NCBI GenBank assembly: GCA_963663765.2
Contig: CAXXUA010000005.1
Span: 64,001 to 128,000, forward strand
DNA length: 64,000 nucleotides
Direction of reading: 5' to 3'
Origin: Candidatus Poribacteria bacterium
Lineage (GTDB): Bacteria > Poribacteria > WGA-4E > WGA-3G
Under the pieces are notes generated by a model. It had not been told where the DNA came from and made no database searches. It saw only the letters and a program-made list of their open reading frames with translations. Made by a program: the position numbers and the translations under genes. Positions 59,454-64,000 of the stretch are shown piece by piece (within the stretch, counting starts at the first letter, position 1; the number at the start of each line of letters is the position of its first letter).

Positions 59454-61121
59454 ATGCGATTTCTTGCATGGTTTCTTCTCTTATCGTGTCTCATCAGTTA
59501 CGGATGCTCACCTCTTGAAATTGATATCGTCATCTTAGAGACACAACTCCAACATGGACAAAAGGCAATTGACAACGCAACAGCTTTAGGTGCAGCACAA
59601 TTAGCAATTCAAGAATACAGTGATGCTAACAAACTCCTAAAATTTGCAAAACAAGCTAAAGAACGCGGAGACATGGCACAAAGCATGGAATTTGCAAATC
59701 AAGCTGAACTCTCCGCACAAATCGCTTTATACAAGACAAAACAACATCAAGCGCGAACTCAATTAAACAATATCCGTGAACAGATGTACCAAGAGCAGAT
59801 AACACAAAAAGACTATGAAATAGAAATGGTGAAAATCCGCAATGAGATGAAATCTTATGAAAATACCCAAGTTTCAAAAGAAATTGAATCTGAAAAACAG
59901 CGCGTAAACTCACTCACTGCGGATCTCACAGAAACAAATAACGCTTTACGACACGCTGAAATTAGTCTGCCAATCTTTGGGGCAAATATATACCTAACTA
60001 TTGCTAAAAATACCTATCCTGAAATTGAAGGGACTGCATACTATGAACGGATTCAATCAATAATCGACAAAGCAACAACACAACTTAACCAAAAAGAATT
60101 CAAAGAAGCGGAAAAAACATCAAAAGATGCCGAAACACAAGCAAAAAACCTTTACGAATTAGCAATTCAACTTCAGAAAACTCGTAACAATGCCGAAATA
60201 GCTGCGCTTATAACAATTGAACGTGCACAGCTTAAAGTCAAACGCGCAGAATCTCTCAATGCTGCCACACACGACCCAGAACAATACCAACAAGCACAAA
60301 ACCAATTGGAAAGCGCTAAAAAGGAATTGCAAGAAAACCTTTTTGAAAAAGCAAAGCAATCTGCAACAGCTGTTGAACAGATAGCAGATAAGGTCATTAC
60401 TACATCAGAAATAGCAGAATTTCGTAAACGCGCACAACAGGAACTTGCAGTAAAAATCAAAAGAGCAAATGAATCTGTCGCATCAGTCAAAGCAGCCATT
60501 ACAGAACAAACTGAAACCAAAGTTCCTCAGTTTGCACCGCAACTTTTTGAACTCGCAACTTCAGCACTCAAAACTGCCGAAGCAGCACTCGCAAAAAAGG
60601 ACTATACAGACGCAATTAATGCCGCACAACAAAGCAATGATTACCTAAAACGCGCTATCAAAAAGACTGAATTACATACTTCTGAACAAACCTCTCTGAT
60701 TGAAGTTACAAACCAAATCCCAAAGGCTGTCGTCATTGATCGTGAAGAAGGGGTACTCATTAGAATCAGCGGTAACTTATTCGCTACAACAAGCACCCGA
60801 CTAAAAGATGAGTATTTTCCAACCTTTACCAAACTCGCTGAAATTCTACTACAAGACGAGTATAAAGGCTACATCGTTAGAATTGAAGGACACAGCGATA
60901 CACTCGGTGAGGCAAGTGCAAATAAAGCACTGAGCGAAAGACGTGCAAATTCAGTCAAAACATACCTAATTGATAAAGGAAATGTCGCAGCAGAAAGACT
61001 AAACGCTGTCGGTTTAGGAGAATCACAAACTATTGACAACAATGCACAAGAAAAAAATCGTAGGATTGACATTCTTTTGGAAAAAGCTCCAAAACCTTCC
61101 AGCGAACAGACAACAGAATAA
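59454..61121 (+). CDS. Lipoprotein with repeated DUF4398-like helical units and a C-terminal OmpA_C peptidoglycan-binding domain
   Basis: Lipobox SYGC; IEGHSD, N..LSERRA.SV..YL, G.GE, NRRIDI. Confidence 0.85.
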   Translation: MRFLAWFLLLSCLISYGCSPLEIDIVILETQLQHGQKAIDNATALGAAQLAIQEYSDANKLLKFAKQAKERGDMAQSMEFANQAELSAQIALYKTKQHQARTQLNNIREQMYQEQITQKDYEIEMVKIRNEMKSYENTQVSKEIESEKQRVNSLTADLTETNNALRHAEISLPIFGANIYLTIAKNTYPEIEGTAYYERIQSIIDKATTQLNQKEFKEAEKTSKDAETQAKNLYELAIQLQKTRNNAEIAALITIERAQLKVKRAESLNAATHDPEQYQQAQNQLESAKKELQENLFEKAKQSATAVEQIADKVITTSEIAEFRKRAQQELAVKIKRANESVASVKAAITEQTETKVPQFAPQLFELATSALKTAEAALAKKDYTDAINAAQQSNDYLKRAIKKTELHTSEQTSLIEVTNQIPKAVVIDREEGVLIRISGNLFATTSTRLKDEYFPTFTKLAEILLQDEYKGYIVRIEGHSDTLGEASANKALSERRANSVKTYLIDKGNVAAERLNAVGLGESQTIDNNAQEKNRRIDILLEKAPKPSSEQTTE

Positions 61122-61255
61122 ACTACGACCTATCCCATAAACGGTAGGAGGGGTTTCTAACCCGGTATTACTAGACACGCAATCAGATGAATGTACACAT
61201 AATTACATTTATGTGATACGCATAATAAATACGAAAATTCGCACGAGTTACGCAA

Positions 61256-61540
61256 TTGAAAATAGACCCTTATATCGTCAACCAAATTGCACATAGCCTG
61301 TTTGGTGACCGATACATCATTATCTATGATGATACGATTCAATTCCATAATCACTGTTATCACGTCCGTACTATAGACGCAAAAGAACATGCTTACAAGG
61401 GATACTACTATCTACAGGACGCAAACAGTAATTTAGCAATGTGGGACGATGAAGTATGTGCACCGCCAGGTTACTACGGCACAATCTTTGATCCAAAAAC
61501 AGGGAACATTGTCAGACGCGAACCAATAAACGGAGAATAA
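61256..61540 (+). CDS. Small hypothetical protein
   Basis: 94 aa, TTG start, ends 2 nt before guaA and contains its GGAG RBS. Confidence 0.6.
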   Translation: MKIDPYIVNQIAHSLFGDRYIIIYDDTIQFHNHCYHVRTIDAKEHAYKGYYYLQDANSNLAMWDDEVCAPPGYYGTIFDPKTGNIVRREPINGE

Positions 61541-61542
61541 CT

Positions 61543-63084
61543 ATGAAGCGAGACGGGATTGTCGTATTAGACTTTGGCTCGCAATACACGCAGCTAATTG
61601 CACGACGTATTCGGGAACAACGAGTTTACTGTGAAATCCAACCCTATACTCTATCGCTTGCAGATATAGATAAAATCCCACCCAAAGGAATTATCCTCTC
61701 AGGTGGTCCCGCAAGCGTCTATGAAGAAGATGCACCAAAGGTGGATTCTAATCTTTTCAAACTCGGCATACCCATTTTAGGCATCTGCTACGGTATGCAA
61801 CTTATCACACACCTCTTAGAAGGCGGGAAAGTCCATCCGGCAACTGAACGAGAATACGGGAATGCGCAGCTCAAAGTGAATACCTCATCTGAACCACTGT
61901 TCAAAGGACTATCATCTGAAGTCGCCGCATGGATGAGTCACGGGGACAAGATTGATAAACTACCTTATGGGTTCCACACAATCGCACATACGTCAAACTC
62001 ACCCATCGCGGCAATGGTCAACGCAGATGGCACACTTTATGGACTGCAATTTCATCCCGAAGTTGAACATACACGGGATGCAGATAAAATCCTATACAAC
62101 TTCACACGACATATTTGTGGTTGTGAACCAACTTGGACAATGGACACGTTTATTGCTCAAGCAAATGCACAAATCCGAGAAACTGTGAAGAACGAAAAAG
62201 TGTTGTGTGCAGTCAGTGGTGGTATAGATTCTATGGTATTAGCTACACTGCTTCATGAAGCAATAGGTGACGCATTATTACCCGTTTTTGTTGATAATGG
62301 TCTACTGCGCAAGAATGAAGTAGAACAAGTCTTACATACCTGCAAAACCCTCAATATAAATATAGAATTCGTAGATGCGACAGATACCTTTCTCAAAGCT
62401 TTAACAGGAGTCGTCAACCCAGAACAAAAGAGAAAAGTTATCGGCGCACAGTTCATTGAGACTTTCAGAACGAAAGTGAAGCAACTCGGTCCTTGTCGTT
62501 TTCTTGCACAAGGCACGCTCTATCCCGATGTCATTGAAAGTGTATCTACTAAGGGACCCTCTGCGACAATTAAGACCCATCATAATGTCGGCGGACTCCC
62601 ACCTGATATGCCATTTGAACTGATTGAACCATTCCGAGAACTTTTCAAAGACGAGGTACGCGCAGTCGGTGCAGAACTAAACGTCCCACACCACGTACTC
62701 GGAAGGCATCCGTTCCCTGGACCAGGACTGGCTGTCCGAATTATTGGGGAGGTAACACCAGAACGGTTAGCAGTACTGCGCTTAGCAGATGCCATTTTCA
62801 TTGACGAGATAAAGTCAGCAGGTTTATACGATGAGATATGGCAAGCATTAGCAGTACTTCTACCTGTAAAAAGTGTCGGTGTGATGGGAGATGAACGCAC
62901 CTATGAAAATGTAGTAGCACTGCGCGCCGTAACAAGCAGCGACGCAATGACAGCAGATTGGGCAAGAATCCCCGACGACGTTTTGGCAAGAATTTCCACC
63001 CGAATTATCAACGAAGTACAAGGAATCAATCGCGTAGTCTATGATATTAGCTCAAAACCACCAAGTACAATTGAATGGGAGTAA
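61543..63084 (+). CDS. guaA: GMP synthase (glutamine-hydrolysing)
   Basis: Motifs [52 protein letters not shown]. Confidence 0.98.
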   Translation: MKRDGIVVLDFGSQYTQLIARRIREQRVYCEIQPYTLSLADIDKIPPKGIILSGGPASVYEEDAPKVDSNLFKLGIPILGICYGMQLITHLLEGGKVHPATEREYGNAQLKVNTSSEPLFKGLSSEVAAWMSHGDKIDKLPYGFHTIAHTSNSPIAAMVNADGTLYGLQFHPEVEHTRDADKILYNFTRHICGCEPTWTMDTFIAQANAQIRETVKNEKVLCAVSGGIDSMVLATLLHEAIGDALLPVFVDNGLLRKNEVEQVLHTCKTLNINIEFVDATDTFLKALTGVVNPEQKRKVIGAQFIETFRTKVKQLGPCRFLAQGTLYPDVIESVSTKGPSATIKTHHNVGGLPPDMPFELIEPFRELFKDEVRAVGAELNVPHHVLGRHPFPGPGLAVRIIGEVTPERLAVLRLADAIFIDEIKSAGLYDEIWQALAVLLPVKSVGVMGDERTYENVVALRAVTSSDAMTADWARIPDDVLARISTRIINEVQGINRVVYDISSKPPSTIEWE

Positions 63085-63947
63085 TTCGGGTGAGAGTCCG
63101 AAACTACACGGAAGTCGTAGATCGCATCCTTAATGCTGTTGAAAAATCTGATCAGCTGACAGTCTGGTACCAATCCTTCACTGCTCCATTCTCTAAAGAA
63201 CAAGGGGAATCATCTTACCCAGTATACTGCCTACGATACACTTCAACAGAACCAGATGCTCCGTTAATCTATATTTCTGCAGGTATCCATGGCGATGAAC
63301 TCGCAGGTGTTGAATGTGCAATTAGACTTATAGAACTTCTCTCTGATGGAACACATTGCAAATACTCTGTCTTCCCATTTGATAGATATAATTGGCTTAT
63401 CTCTCCTTGTGATAACCCTCATGGTTATGAACACAACATCCGTGAAAATCCTGATGGACAAGATCTCAATCGGATGTTTGGCGCACCGAATAGATATCCA
63501 GTAACAGCATTCATAGCAGAAACTCTCCTGCAAACACAATCTCAACACAGTAATAATAATGTGGGTAATAAGGCAACGATTGAACTTTCACTGGATTTGC
63601 ACGAAGACATAGATAGTTATGGATTCTATTTGTGGGAACGCCGAACATCTACATGTGTGCCAATTGGTGATATAGTCGTCCAAACCGTGGCGGGAATATG
63701 TCCTATCAACAAAGTAAAGATGGTTGAAGAACATCGTAACGAAAATGGTGTGATAACGCTTCTTGATAATGTTACGACCAAAGGATGGACACGTGGCAGG
63801 TATTTATCTGAGAAACTAAACGCGCGATGTCTTATTCTTGAAACACCAACACACTTGGATCTGCAAACCCGTATCAGCGTCCACATGATGGCGATCCAAA
63901 CAGCTGTAAAACACACATTCATTTCAGGAGATCACAAGAACTGTTAG
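63075..63947 (+). CDS. M14-family Zn carboxypeptidase/deacylase-like protein
   Basis: Motifs AGIHGDE, NP.G, DLNR, DLHED, ETP. Confidence 0.85.
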   Translation: MGVIRVRVRNYTEVVDRILNAVEKSDQLTVWYQSFTAPFSKEQGESSYPVYCLRYTSTEPDAPLIYISAGIHGDELAGVECAIRLIELLSDGTHCKYSVFPFDRYNWLISPCDNPHGYEHNIRENPDGQDLNRMFGAPNRYPVTAFIAETLLQTQSQHSNNNVGNKATIELSLDLHEDIDSYGFYLWERRTSTCVPIGDIVVQTVAGICPINKVKMVEEHRNENGVITLLDNVTTKGWTRGRYLSEKLNARCLILETPTHLDLQTRISVHMMAIQTAVKHTFISGDHKNC

Positions 63948-64000
63948 GCACGTTTTCATAACCTAACCGGATTTTCCATTGTACCCAGTGCGGTTAGGTT

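Overview
AT-rich bacterial chromosomal window. Tandem WD40+dockerin proteins, a giant YCF48/BNR propeller and FGE/DUF1573 genes suggest Candidatus Poribacteria or a similar sponge symbiont (inference from gene content). Housekeeping genes: thrS, smpB-ssrA, glnA-glnB (sigma54 promoter plus two NtrC-like boxes), dcd, larE-like, def, rng, rplU-rpmA, guaA. Accessory modules: bPH-NfeD-flotillin, an MTase-REase-MTase cassette, a stand-alone AlgI/AlgJ-type O-acylation cluster, a Gld-like ABC/DUF4340 operon, an IS1595-bracketed island with a Cys-rich peptide, three WD40-dockerin paralogues and an adjacent PorY/PorX pair. The most unusual signal is non-coding. Several MITE/REP families are nested inside each other, including a ~35-bp hairpin module found at fixed sites in two unrelated host repeats, with empty sites present in the window. 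A ~650-bp ORF-less element also occurs twice in inverted orientation, each time just upstream of a housekeeping promoter. No CRISPR array, rRNA or tRNA gene was seen. All family calls come from motif recognition by eye; no searches were run.
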